From: Microbotryum violaceum
Taxonomy: Eukaryota
Assembly: GCA_001244265.2 (NCBI GenBank)
Contig: CDLV01000011.1
Span: 1,612,001-1,676,000 of the forward strand
Reading direction: 5' to 3'
DNA: 64,000 nucleotides
The translations under genes were made by a program, and so were the position numbers. The notes below the pieces were generated by a model that was not told where the DNA came from, ran no database searches, and was given only the letters and a program-made list of their open reading frames with translations. Positions within the stretch are counted from its first letter, which is position 1. Every line of letters starts with the position of its first letter. Positions 11,741 through 24,315 of the stretch are shown piece after piece.

Positions 11741-14700
11741 CTATCCAAAGATTTGAGTCATACTGAAATCTCCAACCCAAGCCTCGGCGATCGAGATTCC
11801 CGGCACAAAAGCGCGGTACAGTCCGAACTTGACCGACGCCTGAGCGCCCATCTGTCCCGTCGCAGTATAGGTCAACAAGACCTCATCGGTCACACCGTCA
11901 CTCATGACGTAGAACAAGGAGCCCGAATTGCCGAAGGTGACTTGGAGGCTGTGTTGGATCGTACGACCCGTGTATTCGGACCAGGGAATCGAACCGCACG
12001 AGTCGCCGCAGCCTCGAATCGGGTCGAAGATCACTGCGGAGCCACTCTTGCCGTCTAAAGTGACGACGGCGCCACCGGTGGCATCACGTCGGAGCAATTG
12101 CCACAAGTGGAAGAAACTGCGCGTTGTCGTGGTACGCGTCGAGACAAACGAGCGCCACTTATATTGCCAAGTTGTGTCTGTTTGGAAAGGGTCATCGAGG
12201 CAAAGTCAGCGTAAAGAATCTAACGGAAGAGCTAGAAATTGAGGAAGACCTACCGGCAGCAGCGGCAATAGAGTACATCTCAACACGCTGACGAGGTGTT
12301 GGCGTCGGTTTCGGCGTCGTTGTAGTTGTGGATGACGTTGCTGCGGTAGTAAAATCGGGAAGATAATACGTCAGCATCGAAGCCGCAGGGGTTTGGCGCA
12401 GTCAGCCACCTGTGCATTGACTTACTGGTAGTGAAAGGTAGAGTCTGACTGGTGGTGATAGAAGGGGTGCGGGTACTAATAGTCGTATTGGTACTAGTGG
12501 TACTGATCGCGGTGGCGCTGGTCGTAGTGGTGCTGGTCGTAGGGGTGCTGGTCATGGGAAGCTCCGGCGAAGTCGTGAGGCTAGGTGTCGGGCTAGGCGT
12601 CGGCGACGTGTCGCCATCACCACCATCACCATCACCCTCCCCGGACCAAGAACCAAAGTCCTTGGGATTGGGGACCTGCCTCGGGTTTGCACGCCTAAAG
12701 AGGTTCTGAGCGTTAACGTCGACGGCTTCACCGGCCCACAAGGGCATGGCATCCTCTTCGTAGAAGGTGGGTTCGAACTTGTAGAATGGCTCGAACGCTC
12801 CGACTTCCTCGTATAGCTCTTCGATCTCGATACCTTCTTCTTGCGCTACGAGACCACGCTTCCTGGTGGTTGCAAGGTTGGCGGTGGTTTGCAAGACCAT
12901 GGACCAGCAATTCTTTTGACGAGTAAAAAGCACACGAGAGCATTTTGTCAGCATAAGCTATTCGGGGATGGTGAGGAGATGAATGAGCTCACGTTGATTG
13001 CGACGTTGACGGGGCAGCCATTTCGAGCAAGGAAACCCGATGCTTGCCAACTGAGACCGCCGCCAGCGTTGCCACTGACGATCTGGCTCGCTCCTGGGCC
13101 GACACCGGTGGCAACGACGGTCGCGACACCCGCGGCGGTGCGAGTGTAGTACGGAGGCGAGGTCGTACTCTTGGTGGTGGGTGTGGTGGAGATGGTGGGC
13201 GTGGTGGATGTGATGGAGATGGCGGACGTGGTGGAGAGGGTCGACGTGGTGGAGAGGGTCGACGTGGTGGAGAGGGTCGACGTGGTGGAGAGGGTCGACG
13301 TGGTGGACAGGGTGGACGTGGTGGATGTGGTGGTTGAAGTGGCAGTAGTCGTAAGCGAAGGCGAAGACGTCGTCGTCGTGGCTTGAGGATTAGCATTCAA
13401 ACCCGAAGACGTGCTCGTCGTCGTCGTTGTTCTGATTGGTGTTGTCGATTTGGAAGTCGACTTGGTGGTAGTCGACTTGGTAGTAGTCGGCTTGGTGGTG
13501 GTGGATCGAGTAGTAGTAGTCTTAATTGTTGTCGCCACCGGCGTCGTTCTTCGATCCACGGGAGTAGTCGACTTAGTCGTACTTCGAGTCGTCGAGGTCG
13601 TGGTGATCCTCTTGCTCGTCGTGAGCAATCTCGCCTCGACGCATCTGCCGTCTTGGACTCCATAGCCCGAAGCACAAGTCAACACAACCTTGGATGTACA
13701 TGTCAACGCACGGCTGTCGACAGTGGTACATTTGATGCATGAGCCATCTGATGGGATGCGACGGAGCAAGAACCGGGAAAGGCCATGAGCTTGGCTTTTA
13801 TCACAGAATGAAAGGGGAGGTCTCTGGCACGCAAGAAGTCTCATCCGCAACTCACCAGCAGCTTTGTACGTGTCCTTACGACAAGCGGCCCTCGAAGTCG
13901 GCTCGGCGCTCTCAGCCGTTGTAACTCTTTCGGTCGGTGCGACGCAGCGCTTTCCGCTCACGACGTATCCGTCAGAGCATGTCAATGGCGCTGCCGAGGT
14001 ACAGGTCAACGCGCGCGAGTCGATCGTGGTGCATTTGATGCATGTGCCACCTTTCAGTACGAAAGAACATAAGTTGATCAGCAATGCAGCTCCTTGGCTG
14101 AGCCAAGCTGAGTCGAATTTCGATCAGCGACAACGCTTTCGCGCGATCCGACCCGACTCACTCGAAGATGCGTACCGGTCCTTTCGGCAAGTGACGGTGG
14201 AACTATCCGTCATACCGTCGGTCGTCCTCTCGGCGGTGGTTTCGACGCACTTGTACTCCTCGGGAACGAGGCCGTCCGAGCAAGTCAACGGCGTCGTCGA
14301 GTTGCAGGTCAAAGCATGCGGGTCGACCGTGATACATTTGATGCAGGTTCCATCTGTATGTTACAAAGGTCGGTTCAGTTATGAGCAAGTCCTGCGAGTG
14401 CTTCCAATGTGACTCAAGCCCCGAGTTCACAGTCTCGATCCAAATTGGGACGGGCTGGTCGTCTCGGAGTCGGCGAGACTCCGAACAGGTATCCCCCCAC
14501 TTACTCAGAGCTTTGTAGTGGTCCTTGCGGCAACTAGAGGTTGTGGCAGCAGCCCTTGCAGCGACCTTGAGAGAACCAGAGTCCCTCTGTATGACATGAG
14601 CGCGCTCTTGCTGTTGGTGATGCTCGCGCGATGCCGCCGGCGCCGGTGCTGGGAGCGGAGCCCGAACGAGCAGTGGCGCGTTGCCGTGGACCGCTCTCGC

Positions 14701-14811
14701 CGGGCTGCCCGCGGCCGCACCCACGGAAGCGGTGGCCAAGTCCCCTGTCGGCGCACCCGTTGCCGAGCCGAGCGCCAAAACGAGAAGGGAGAGGGTCGAA
14801 ACAGCACGCAT
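11741..14811 (-). CDS. Large secreted protein: three Cys-rich repeats, Thr/Ser-rich stalk, C-terminal polysaccharide-lyase/ConA-like domain (multi-exon)
   Basis: Signal peptide MRAVSTLSLLVLALGSATG. Repeats CRKDxY..GxCIKCTT.D..A.TC....LTC..G....CV. C-terminus RQRVEM..YKWRSF..FFHLWQL..KFGLYR. Lyase call is by motif resemblance only. Confidence 0.65.
13225..13320. repeat. 18-bp coding tandem repeat (GACGTGGTGGAGAGGGTC) x~5, encoding STTSTL
   Basis: Directly visible in the sequence. Confidence 0.9.
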
Positions 14812-17042
14812 CGCCAGGACGTGTGATGGGGAGCTGTAACGGGAGAATGATTAGTTGAAGAAGAGTGAGGGAGAAAGGAAGAGCGAGAGGGGACAGGAAA
14901 TAATCGATGAGGGGGGGGGGGTGGGGGGGTTGTTCAGGATAATATCCGAACCTGGTTCGCGGAGGTATCTTCATTGAGCGACGAAGGCAGATTCATTCGG
15001 TCGAGCCGATCACCGTCGGCTTTCTCCCGTCGAGTGCCGCATGGACCACTTCCATCCAGGGCCCACCCACCCCAGCGCGATTCCTCCGGGGCCATCGAAT
15101 ATGTCGATGTCGGCTCGGCACTCTGCGCCCGCCCAGAACTTCGCGCAGGCCCGCCCCGTTTGAGGCCTAGTCGAGCCGGGGCGCCTCCGGATTTGGAAAC
15201 TGGTGATCGATCCCCCGCGCATGGCACTCGCTTGGACGAAGGCCGGGCAGCGTATTCTTCGCCATGTGTGGGCTAGTTACGTTTGACCAGGTAATTGCTT
15301 CCATGGGTCTTCGCTGGACCGAAATACATTGTTTCACCGCTGGCGCCCTGAATGACCACTTTTTTTTCCTTGTCGTTGCCGGCGCGGGACGCCAGCACAG
15401 CTCCAGCCGGTGATGGTAAAGCCTTGCGCTGTTCCTTTAGAACCTTTGGTGCCTAGATCAAGCTTCAAGGGCTCAGGGTAGCGATGCACGGGTAATTGAA
15501 GGCGTTAGGCCGTAGAGGCGTGCATGAAGGTGTGTGAGGCACCTGTGTCAATGTAGGCTTTGATGCCATCTTCCCCGTTCACGGACACTTCCACCATGAA
15601 AGCATCGGGGAACAGACCGACAACATCGGCCGTGTTGTCGATTTTTCCTGCGGTGGGCTTTTTGCCTCTGACTTTGCCTTTGCCTTTGCCTTTGCCTTTG
15701 CTCTTGCCTTGGCGCTGTCACTTTTCGGCAGGGAAAGACTCCTGAGCGAAACGCACGGGCTGGGCGCGTGTGCGTAAAGGGCGAGATTCGGCATCTGTGA
15801 TGTCCGTGCGTCGTATCTCGGGCCCTTGGAGGTAAGCGTAGAGATCGGAGGAGAACTCGATTCTGCGCAGCTCCGGAAGCTTCGAGGTAGGTAACTTCAC
15901 GATGGGGGTGTCTGTCATCAGACTCGTATTGGCGCGAAAGCCGGTCTGGGACGACGTTGTGTTCGCCTTTGACATAACCCCAAACCCCACCATCGTTGGT
16001 CATGGCGCAGCACTTCGCGTGATCCACTGGCTACGCGATCGCTTTTGGTGGCCTACACTCAGCAAGGATGTGGACAGCTACTACCGCACTTGCCCCTCTT
16101 GCCAAGCATGCAAACCGAGCACGCAAAGCCCGATGGGATACCTACACTCGATGGCCATACCGTCGAAACCTTACGAAGAGATTGCGATGGATTTCCAAGG
16201 TCCCTTTCTGACGGCTACAAGCCACCTGGGGCCCGTCGATGCACTGTTCAATGTGATCGACGTCCTCACCGGGGAAGTCATCATGCTCCCATGCGACTTC
16301 ACAGGTCTGACCGCCGAAAAATGCGCAGATCTTTATTTCACATTCGTGTTCCCCCACTGGGGAATACCGAACGTCATCACGTCTGATCGCGATGTCCGTT
16401 GGACGTCAGACTTTTGGCGAACCCTACACGCCGCCCTCGGCACGACGCTCGCAATGTCGTCCGCGTACCATCCGCAAACCAACGGAAAAATTGAGCGCAT
16501 CCATCGTGACATCAACGCGCTGATGCGCCAACTCGTCAGTGAAGAACAAACAGACTGGCCCAGCCACATCCCATTCGTACAGTTCACACTGAACAACGCA
16601 CTGAACAAATCGTCCGGGTTTTCCGCTTTCGAGATATCGAGGATCCGCACACCTGAAACGATCCCGAGCTGGGTGCGAGCAACGAGCGAGCACCCCGCGG
16701 ACGTTTTTATCGCAAATGCGCAACTCAAGCTTGAGAAAGCCCAGGACAGCCTCATCAAGGCGCAAACTCGGGCAGGCCCTCAGCGCCAACGAGCACCGCC
16801 GCGCAGCCATCGACCCGATGGTGCCATCTGGACCCCAAATCGGGGATGCGCCAGACCGGCCCGCGGCTCTGCGCCCGCAGCCATTGAAGTTTTGGGTGAC
16901 CACGCAGAATTGGCCCACGGTGCCCTTTCGCAGCCGCAAGTGGGCGCCCAAATTCGCGGGCCCGTTCGACGTGCTTGCCTTTGACCCTACGACTTCAACG
17001 TACACCCTCGACCTTCCAGCGAGGTACACAAAACGTAGGATT

Positions 17043-17384
17043 CGGAACATCTTCCACTCCTCCCAACTGGTGCCCTTCACACCGACAAACGAAGCCACCT
17101 TCCCAAATCGGGTCACCTCCGCGGTCCCTGTCTTCCCGCTGGACAGCCTCGAGATGGCAACCACCCACGTTTTCGAGCACAAATGCAAAGGCGTCGTACG
17201 TGCCCGTCGGCCGCTTGGCCGGCGAGCCTATGGGGCGGGCACATTTGTGCTCGAAAACGTGGGTGGTTGCCATCTCGAGGCTGTCCAGCGGGAAGACGGG
17301 GACCGTGGAGGTGACCCGATTTGGGAAGATGGCTTCGTTTGTCGGTGTGAAGGGCACCAAATGGGAGGAGTGGAAGATGTTCCG
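17043..17384. repeat. 143-bp inverted repeat (17043-17185 / 17242-17384), 56-nt spacer
   Basis: Arms are reverse complements with about 5 mismatches. Confidence 0.92.
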
Positions 17385-17490
17385 ATCAAAATCGCTGTGT
17401 CGGCTCCCGATGGAGTCGACCGAGTTTGAGCGGCGGTTGCTCGTGTCGCGCGCGGTGGTGCGCGAAAGACGCTGCGAAGCGTCTCCTTCC

Positions 17491-17696
17491 GCGGCGAGGT
17501 GTTCCTTCGAGGGCGGCACAGACATACTGGATGTGTGAGCGGTGAGAACAAAAATTTTCCGAGGTTGATCAGACCTGGGACGACGAGGGTTAAGCGGCGA
17601 GGTGTTCCTTCGAGGGCGGCACAGACATACTGGATGTGTGAGCGGCGAGAACAAAAATTTTCCGAGGTTGATCAGACCTGGGACGACGAGGGTTAA
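17491..17696. repeat. 103-bp tandem duplication
   Basis: 17491-17593 and 17594-17696 differ at one base. Confidence 0.92.
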
Positions 17697-19282
17697 GTAA
17701 TTCTGGTAACGAGGGTTATGACGAGGGGTTCGAGGGGGGTTCGAGGGGTTTTTTGGGCCTAAGAAGACGCAATCCGAAAGCCTGCGAAGGGGTAGCTAAT
17801 CCCTTGCAAGTACTTCCGGTACCTAAGTAGATATCCGAACGGGACACTGCGTACGATGCAGATGTCTAGGCCAGATAAGCACAAATGCAAATCGACGGTG
17901 GACCGTGCAACAACAAGAGTTGAAGCGTCAAAAAAAGATGTAAGGGCCAGACGCAATTCGAAATTGCGAAGCGGCGATCACAGGGCGAAGTCGACGAGCG
18001 ACGAAGAAAAGACGGTGAAACGCTTGAATTGTATTGCAGGGGATAATGCAACTACGGTCGATAGATAATGTGTGTACGAGATTGATCGGTAACTAGGCGA
18101 GGGGTTGAGTCCAGTTCACGATGAGTAAGAGACCAAGAAACAATTTGTAAGCTATCCGGGCGTAAGGCCATCTTGCGCGCGGATTCGAACTTGGAAGGCT
18201 TGACGTTGAGGTCGGAACGAGACGGCGACCTTACAGCCCGCGCCGAAGCCTTCCCGACTGGGGTCGGACATTCTCTTCGCTCGTCGACCAGAGGATTTTC
18301 GCGCTCTGCGTTCCCTCCGAGCGCTCCTCTGTACCTATCTCGTCCCTCGACTCGACTCGTTGGCACGATTGTGGCTTCTAAGACCTGTTCAGGATTCTTC
18401 TGCTGACTCGTCGGCAGAGGCGCAAACCACTTCGAAGTCGACTTCGGGTCGGGGCTGGCAGGGCCAGGCATGCGGACTTTTGAGCGCGGTAGCAAACAGG
18501 AATATGACCAGGCAGTCTCGGCCAAGGGTCTGCTATTTCTGGAGCCTCGAAGGGGTGCTCGATCACCCCAACCACCACACCGTCAAGACCATGTACCGCG
18601 AGCGGGATCGCCCGCGGCTATGAGGCTCGGTTCGCTGATCGAGATCGCCAGCGGGGCCGGTCCTTGTCTTTTCAGCCACCTCGGCCCACAACGTCCCCTA
18701 AAAGGCGCAGCTCTGATGCATCTGATGCGTCGCGGTTACTCGTGCGTCCCCGCAATTATCCCGAAACGCTCGAACTGAATGCGACGATGATGCAGGGTAC
18801 TTTGTCTGTATTTTTGCGGGAGATAACAGTAGTGGGTACATTTCGGAAGTTAATTTTTATCTGCCATCAGATTGTCTGCTTCACAGCAGTTCATGCACGT
18901 GCACTCGGGAGTCCGCCGAGTCGATCTTGTGTCGTCGACCACGGTCACGTGATCTCTCTGCCATGGTCGAAGGCTTGAGGCTTCGAGGGGAGGGGGGGTA
19001 CCAGAAGAAATATGTGCTCTCTTGCGAGCCGACACTCTAGTAAGGAGTCTGCAACCAGACGGTCCGCGAGTGCCCTGAAGATTTTTGAAAAGGGAAATCG
19101 GGCTAGCCTGGCAAGTACTCCGAGGGTTTGGAGCTGAAGCTGGCCGAGTGCTGGCTGGCGCCGCCGCCGCAGGTTGACGCCGCACGCCGTCCTCGACTGG
19201 AGTGATACGCCGTCTCCTGGCTTCCCATAGGCCCAATATCCTGCCAAACTCGAGGCCTAACTTTGGACACGGTGATTCTACT

Positions 19283-20531
19283 ATGAGCAGCGCAACGGGG
19301 ATCGAGTCCCTTCCTATCGAGCTCATCCACCGCTGCATCGACCTTACACGCCCTCACGATCCCGAACACCGACGAGCCCGTCATATCATCAAGCAACTCG
19401 TCCCGCTGACCCTCGTCGCGAAACGATGGACGGACTATGCGCAACAGTGCCTGTTCGAGAACGTCATGCTGATCGGTCCGCGGGATGTCGAAAAGTACGG
19501 CGACGCTTTAGAGATGCTCCAAGGACAGTTCGACACGTGCTGCCTCATCATCACCGCCGACGTCACGAGACCGGTGAATCGGGCTTTGACAGTTGCCGGT
19601 CTCGAAGCTGATGCAAAGTACGCCGAGCTCATAAGTCGAGTTTTGTCTTTGACGACGGACGTACAAGAGCTGAGGCTGGTCCCCAAGATAACCGTGGCAC
19701 CAGCCCTACTCTTGTTCGAGAACTTGTCAGGTCAGTTGGGACAAACCTTCGCCTACGATCGCAGAGATGGAAAAGACTGATCTATCTTTTCGCCTTCGCC
19801 TTCGTCTACATTTCGATTCGGTAGGCTTAGAAAAGCTCACTTTGGAATGCTGCTTCTCAAGGCTGGAACCCGACGAGCTCGAGAACTGGCCCTTTTTTCA
19901 GCTCGAGTCGTTCACCTTCATCCCCGCCGCGGGACTGGCGCAGTCCTCGCAGCTCAACATGACTACGATGGCGTTCGTCGAGTACGTCCTGAGTCGCTCG
20001 ATGTGGGGCACGCTCAAGCATCTCGACTGGCGCCCTGGTTACGTGGACCTGGTGCAGCCCGAATTAACGGAAAGAGCTCGGACCGCTTCCGAGTCCGAGT
20101 ACCTCGACAACTGGGCAACAGACACGACGGGCCTGGCAAGCGTCTGCCAATCGCTCCAGTCACTGTCCTTGACATTCTCCCTACCCGCCAGCGTCGATAC
20201 CAATGTCACGTTCTCGCTATTCCCTTCTCGCTGCTATTATTTACGCACGTTCTCGACCGATGTGGAATCTTTGCGGATGTTGCTTCAACTCAATTTGGAA
20301 CCAACCTGGATCCAGCACTTGATTCTGCGCCGGGTTTCGAATATCTTGAGTTTGCTACATCTGCTGGAGTATCACAAGCAAGCGTTCCCAGCGCTTCGCA
20401 CGCTTCGCGTCATTTCTCACGAGGTAAGCCTCGTGGGGAACAAAGAAGATTGGGCATGGCTGGAAGAAAACTGCGAATCGAGGGGTATTGAACTGGTGCG
20501 CGAGGCATCTCATCAGGAGGCTAATGCATAG
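19283..20531 (+). CDS. F-box-like/LRR-like protein (one intron, ~19731-19824)
   Basis: N-terminal SLPIELIHRCID..LTLVAKRWTDYAQQCLF. C-terminal LRR-like segments (FPALRTLRV, LEENCESRGIEL). Confidence 0.68.
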
Positions 20532-20629
20532 TGAAATATTCTCATCCATCTCCTTCTATTTGCAATACATCCTTTGTTGCTCCATTCTCCGCTCAGTTTA
20601 CCCCTCCCACGCTGTTCCCCCATACGCGT

Positions 20630-21934
20630 TTAACCACCCCTACGCTTCTCCGACCTCTTCGGTCGTTCCTTGACGACGAACTTGTTACCGTTCTTACTCG
20701 ACGGCGCACGCGTACGTTGTCCCTTGGCGCCCTTGGCATTGTACGTCATAGGGTGGTTATTACCCTTCGATTTACCACGTCCACCACCGTGAGGGTGATC
20801 GGTCGCGTTCATCGCCACACCACGCGATTGAGGGCGGAAACCCAACCAACGTTTACGACCGGCCTTGCCGAGATTGCTGTGTTGATGATCCGCGTTACTG
20901 ACCGTACCGATACTGGCAAAACATTCCAAACCGACGAGTCGTACCTCGCCGGAGGAGAGACGAATCTGCGCGTGCTTGCCGCTCGCCGATTGCGCGGAGA
21001 CGATGCGCGCCGAGGATCCTGCCGAGCGAGCGAGTACGGCCGCTCCTTTGGGCGCGAGCGTGATGGCGTGGATCACGGTACCGACTGGGATCATACGGAT
21101 GGGGAGACAGTTCCCTGGTCGGATAGCGACTGAGCGCAAAACACCGAGATCGATCTGGGCCATCGAGGTCGAAGCACGACTCGGCGCAGAGGGGGTCGGA
21201 GCTTCTCGGGCGGGTACAGGTGCGAGCCGGACGCCGGGCAAAGACAGAGCAGAAGAGGGGGGCAAGACAGTCTGGGGCGCTCCCGGATCAACGACGGGGG
21301 TCGAGGGTACTGAGGTCGTTGGCGCAGCAGTGGGCGCGATCATGAACGAGTCCGGAAACCCGGATCGGAAAGACTGGACGACATCACCGGCTCGCAGCGC
21401 CGCGGGGGCGAGGATGTAACTAAAGCACTTGGTCTGGCGATGCTGCAACAGAGCGATATGTGCCGATCTTCCCGGGTCGTACTCGATCCTGACGACGTTC
21501 TGCTCCCCCGTTTCGATGCGCCGAAAGTCGACGAGACGGATCCTTCGCTTGTGTCCACCGCCTCGAGCTCGAGTGGTGATCCTGCCCGAGTCATTGCGAC
21601 CACCCGTACCGCGCTTGGCGACGGTCAAGGGTCGATGTGGACCTCCTTTGTGCAAATGTTCGGAAATGGGCTGTCGCAAGTGACGCAAACCGGGACTGAT
21701 GGGCAGAAACGTCTTGAAGTTGGACTGGCCCGATTTTTTGGTAAAGGTCAACTGACGGCGCGGTCGAAGCATCTCGGACGAGGGAGGCGGTGCTGCAGAA
21801 GGAATACAAGTGGAGAACGAAGCCTTGGCGATCGCTGTTGCTGCTGGGACCGAAGAAGAGGACAATCCAGCGCTCGAGGTCGAAGCGAGTGCGATCCGCT
21901 GCGACAGAGCGCGGCGAGCCAGAGCGGTCGCCAT
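20630..21934 (-). CDS. RML2: Mitochondrial ribosomal protein uL2m
   Basis: GGRNDSGRITTRARGGGHKR, IEYDPGRSAHIAL, GKAGRKRWLGFRP, MNATDHPHGGGRG; mitochondrial presequence MATALARRALS; intronless. Confidence 0.95.
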   Translation of the reverse strand: MATALARRALSQRIALASTSSAGLSSSSVPAATAIAKASFSTCIPSAAPPPSSEMLRPRRQLTFTKKSGQSNFKTFLPISPGLRHLRQPISEHLHKGGPHRPLTVAKRGTGGRNDSGRITTRARGGGHKRRIRLVDFRRIETGEQNVVRIEYDPGRSAHIALLQHRQTKCFSYILAPAALRAGDVVQSFRSGFPDSFMIAPTAAPTTSVPSTPVVDPGAPQTVLPPSSALSLPGVRLAPVPAREAPTPSAPSRASTSMAQIDLGVLRSVAIRPGNCLPIRMIPVGTVIHAITLAPKGAAVLARSAGSSARIVSAQSASGKHAQIRLSSGEVRLVGLECFASIGTVSNADHQHSNLGKAGRKRWLGFRPQSRGVAMNATDHPHGGGRGKSKGNNHPMTYNAKGAKGQRTRAPSSKNGNKFVVKERPKRSEKRRGG

Positions 21935-22651
21935 TTTGGACCACTGTGCAGAGAGCAAGAGATATCCAAATAGTTCAGAAACAATTTTTCCATGACGGGG
22001 TGAGATTGAGCGCAAGATCGGCCGTGGAGTTCTGCTGATCGTGATCCGGCGTTGGCCGCGATCTTTGCGGGCGTACCGATGCGACGGCCATCGTGCGTGC
22101 CAGTGCAACGTCGAGAGACTACCACAAGCAGATCGAGGCATCCCTGACAAGGAACAGTAGAGTATCAGAAGTGTTTGACTCACGAGACTGGGTGGCCGGA
22201 TGTGGGGTGGGGGAAAGGGAGCAACGAGCGTTGCTTGCTTTCGCTTGCTCGCGGCCGTGCTCTCGAGATTGAGCTTGGACCTCCACTCGCCGGTGCTCGT
22301 TGAAACTCACGGCGATCGAGCAAGTTCGTGGGATATTTAATTGCCACCGGAAGCAAGATCGAAGCGCATTACGATCCTGTTCGTGGACAGCCAGGATCTT
22401 TTCTGAGCCTAATTCAGTCTGAAACTTTGCTATTCTTCCCTAGCTATAAACCTTCAGAGTGCGACAAGGTTTTCGCGCGCACCGCGGCGAGTTGGTCATT
22501 GCTAGTCAACATTGCAGAGGTTATAATATCGGTCCGATTCGCTACGCTCATAAATAATGATAACAATAAGATAAAAACAGGTCCATGGATTTGGAGCGGG
22601 GGTAGCCTAGGTCAAAACACCTCCTTCTTCGCTGGAAAAATTAATTTCGTC

Positions 22652-24315
22652 CTAAGCCTGCCTAACCAGCCCATGTTGCTTATCAAGCTCGTCAACAAAC
22701 GTGTACGTCTTCCTCTGCCTCGCGTTGCCTTCATCGGTGATGGTCTCGTGCGTCTTACCGACGGTGCTGACGATCCATCGATGCCATTCGGGTAAAGAGC
22801 GGAGAGAGGGCAAGAGGACCCGAGCGAATCCAGGGGTCACGAGGTGGTCCGATAAACCCGATTCGAGGATCGAGACCATTTTGTGCGCGAGCCACGTCGC
22901 GGACAATGTCGGGGTCATGCTATTGCAAGGTATTGTAATGTCAGGGCCTTTTGTTCAGACTTTGCGCCAAAAGCTCTTGTCCACTAAGGGGCTCACAACT
23001 GGTTGTCTTGCTCCTTCATCGCATCTCCCATCTGAGTCGAGACTTTGGTCGGGCAAACGACCGAGGTGCGCACTCGTGGGGCGTTGTATCGGTGCTTGAG
23101 CTCGCCAATCAATACCTCATGCAAAGCCAAAGCCGCGGCCTTGGAGCAAGCGTACTCGCTCAACTGCGGGATCGCAGCGTACGACGCCGACGAGGCGGTC
23201 GTCATGATGTGACCATGGTTGACCTTGATGATGTGGGGGAGGAATTCGCGCAGGATGTTGTGGCATCCGAGTACGTTGACCTTGTAGGTCAAGAGGAACT
23301 GCTCCGGGGTCGTATCAAGGATGGTGTTGCCTCGTGCGATTCCGGCATTGTTGATCTGAAGAGATTTCCATCTCGCAGCTCACTCGGGGTCAGTCTCCGA
23401 TATTGCGAATAACAGGCTAAGCCGGGTAAGGATCACTCACAATGTACGTAGGGTGCCCAACCTAGTGTACCGAGTTTACAATATAAAAGTGGTCAGGATC
23501 TGAAGCCCATGATCAATTGCGCACGTACAACTGACCTTGGCTCGCACATCCTCGGCGATCTTGTGAATCGCTGCTGGGTCGGTGACGTCGCACTTGTAAT
23601 AATGAACGCCAGCTATCTCGTGAAGGCAGAAGAATTACCACGGACCGAGTCAGCTGCTGAAGCAAAGGAGGCCTTTTAATGAAGAAGAATAAACACACAA
23701 GCCTTGTAGGTTGGTGCGGCCATGTCCAATACGACGATCTTGTTGGTCTTCTTGGCCAAGAGCTCCACGATCTCCTTCCCGATTCCGGTCGAGCCACCGG
23801 TGATGAGTACGACGTCGCCTTCGTCCTTGATACGACTCCAGCGCGGCGGGTCTGCCTTCCAACCGTTATTCCTCACCAATCGAACCAGCACCCGGTTCGT
23901 CGATTTCAAAGCGACGAACGAAAGGAGTACGGTCAACCAGCGGTGCGCTAGGATATGGTCGGTGAATCGGAGTTGGGGTCCGAAGATCTGTCGAGCGCGG
24001 TAGAATGAGACGACGGCGATGATGATTGACGCTGGGACCGAGCATGGGAAGATGTCCAGCACCGAAGCGATACTGCAGGACGTAGTTGGTGTCAGCTTCC
24101 TCTGTTTTGGAGGCAATTGCAAGACGTGGCCCCTCTCGCTAGCGCAGGTAGGCTGGTGCCCAGTGACCTGCCCCGGCGCCATCTGGGGGCGCGGGGTTAA
24201 ATCGCCGTGATGCGAACGCCGGCAACGAACCGAGCAGCGGCTGAAGACAGGACAAGACAGAACAGACTCACTCGTCGATGCTGATGGATCTGCCGTGCTT
24301 CATCAATCCAAACAT
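22652..24315 (-). CDS. Short-chain dehydrogenase/reductase (retinol dehydrogenase-like), multi-exon
   Basis: VLITGGSTGIG, INNAG, HIMTTASS, YACSK (YxxxK), VCP. Confidence 0.9.

Larger units (their letters stand above)
15400..17760. mobile_element. Rearranged Ty3/Gypsy LTR-retrotransposon remnant
   Basis: Plus strand: integrase (H..RFWWPTL..CPSCQ, MDF, SDRD, YHPQTNG.IER, GPF) at ~15990-17185. Minus strand: RNase H end (YVKGEHNVVPDRLSR, ~15900-15985) and aspartic protease (IDTGASH, ~15545). Confidence 0.85.

Noticed and set aside
13225-17696. CRISPR-like arrays (18-bp and 103-bp repeats)
   Set aside because: Spacer-less tandem repeats in eukaryotic coding or TE sequence; no cas genes.
17585-17750. 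Telomere-like GAGGGTTA motifs
   Set aside because: Dispersed single units within a retroelement leader, not a (TTAGGG)n tract.
17760-19200. Possible LTR or gene between the Gypsy remnant and the F-box-like gene
   Set aside because: No second LTR copy, TSD or recognisable protein motif in the window.
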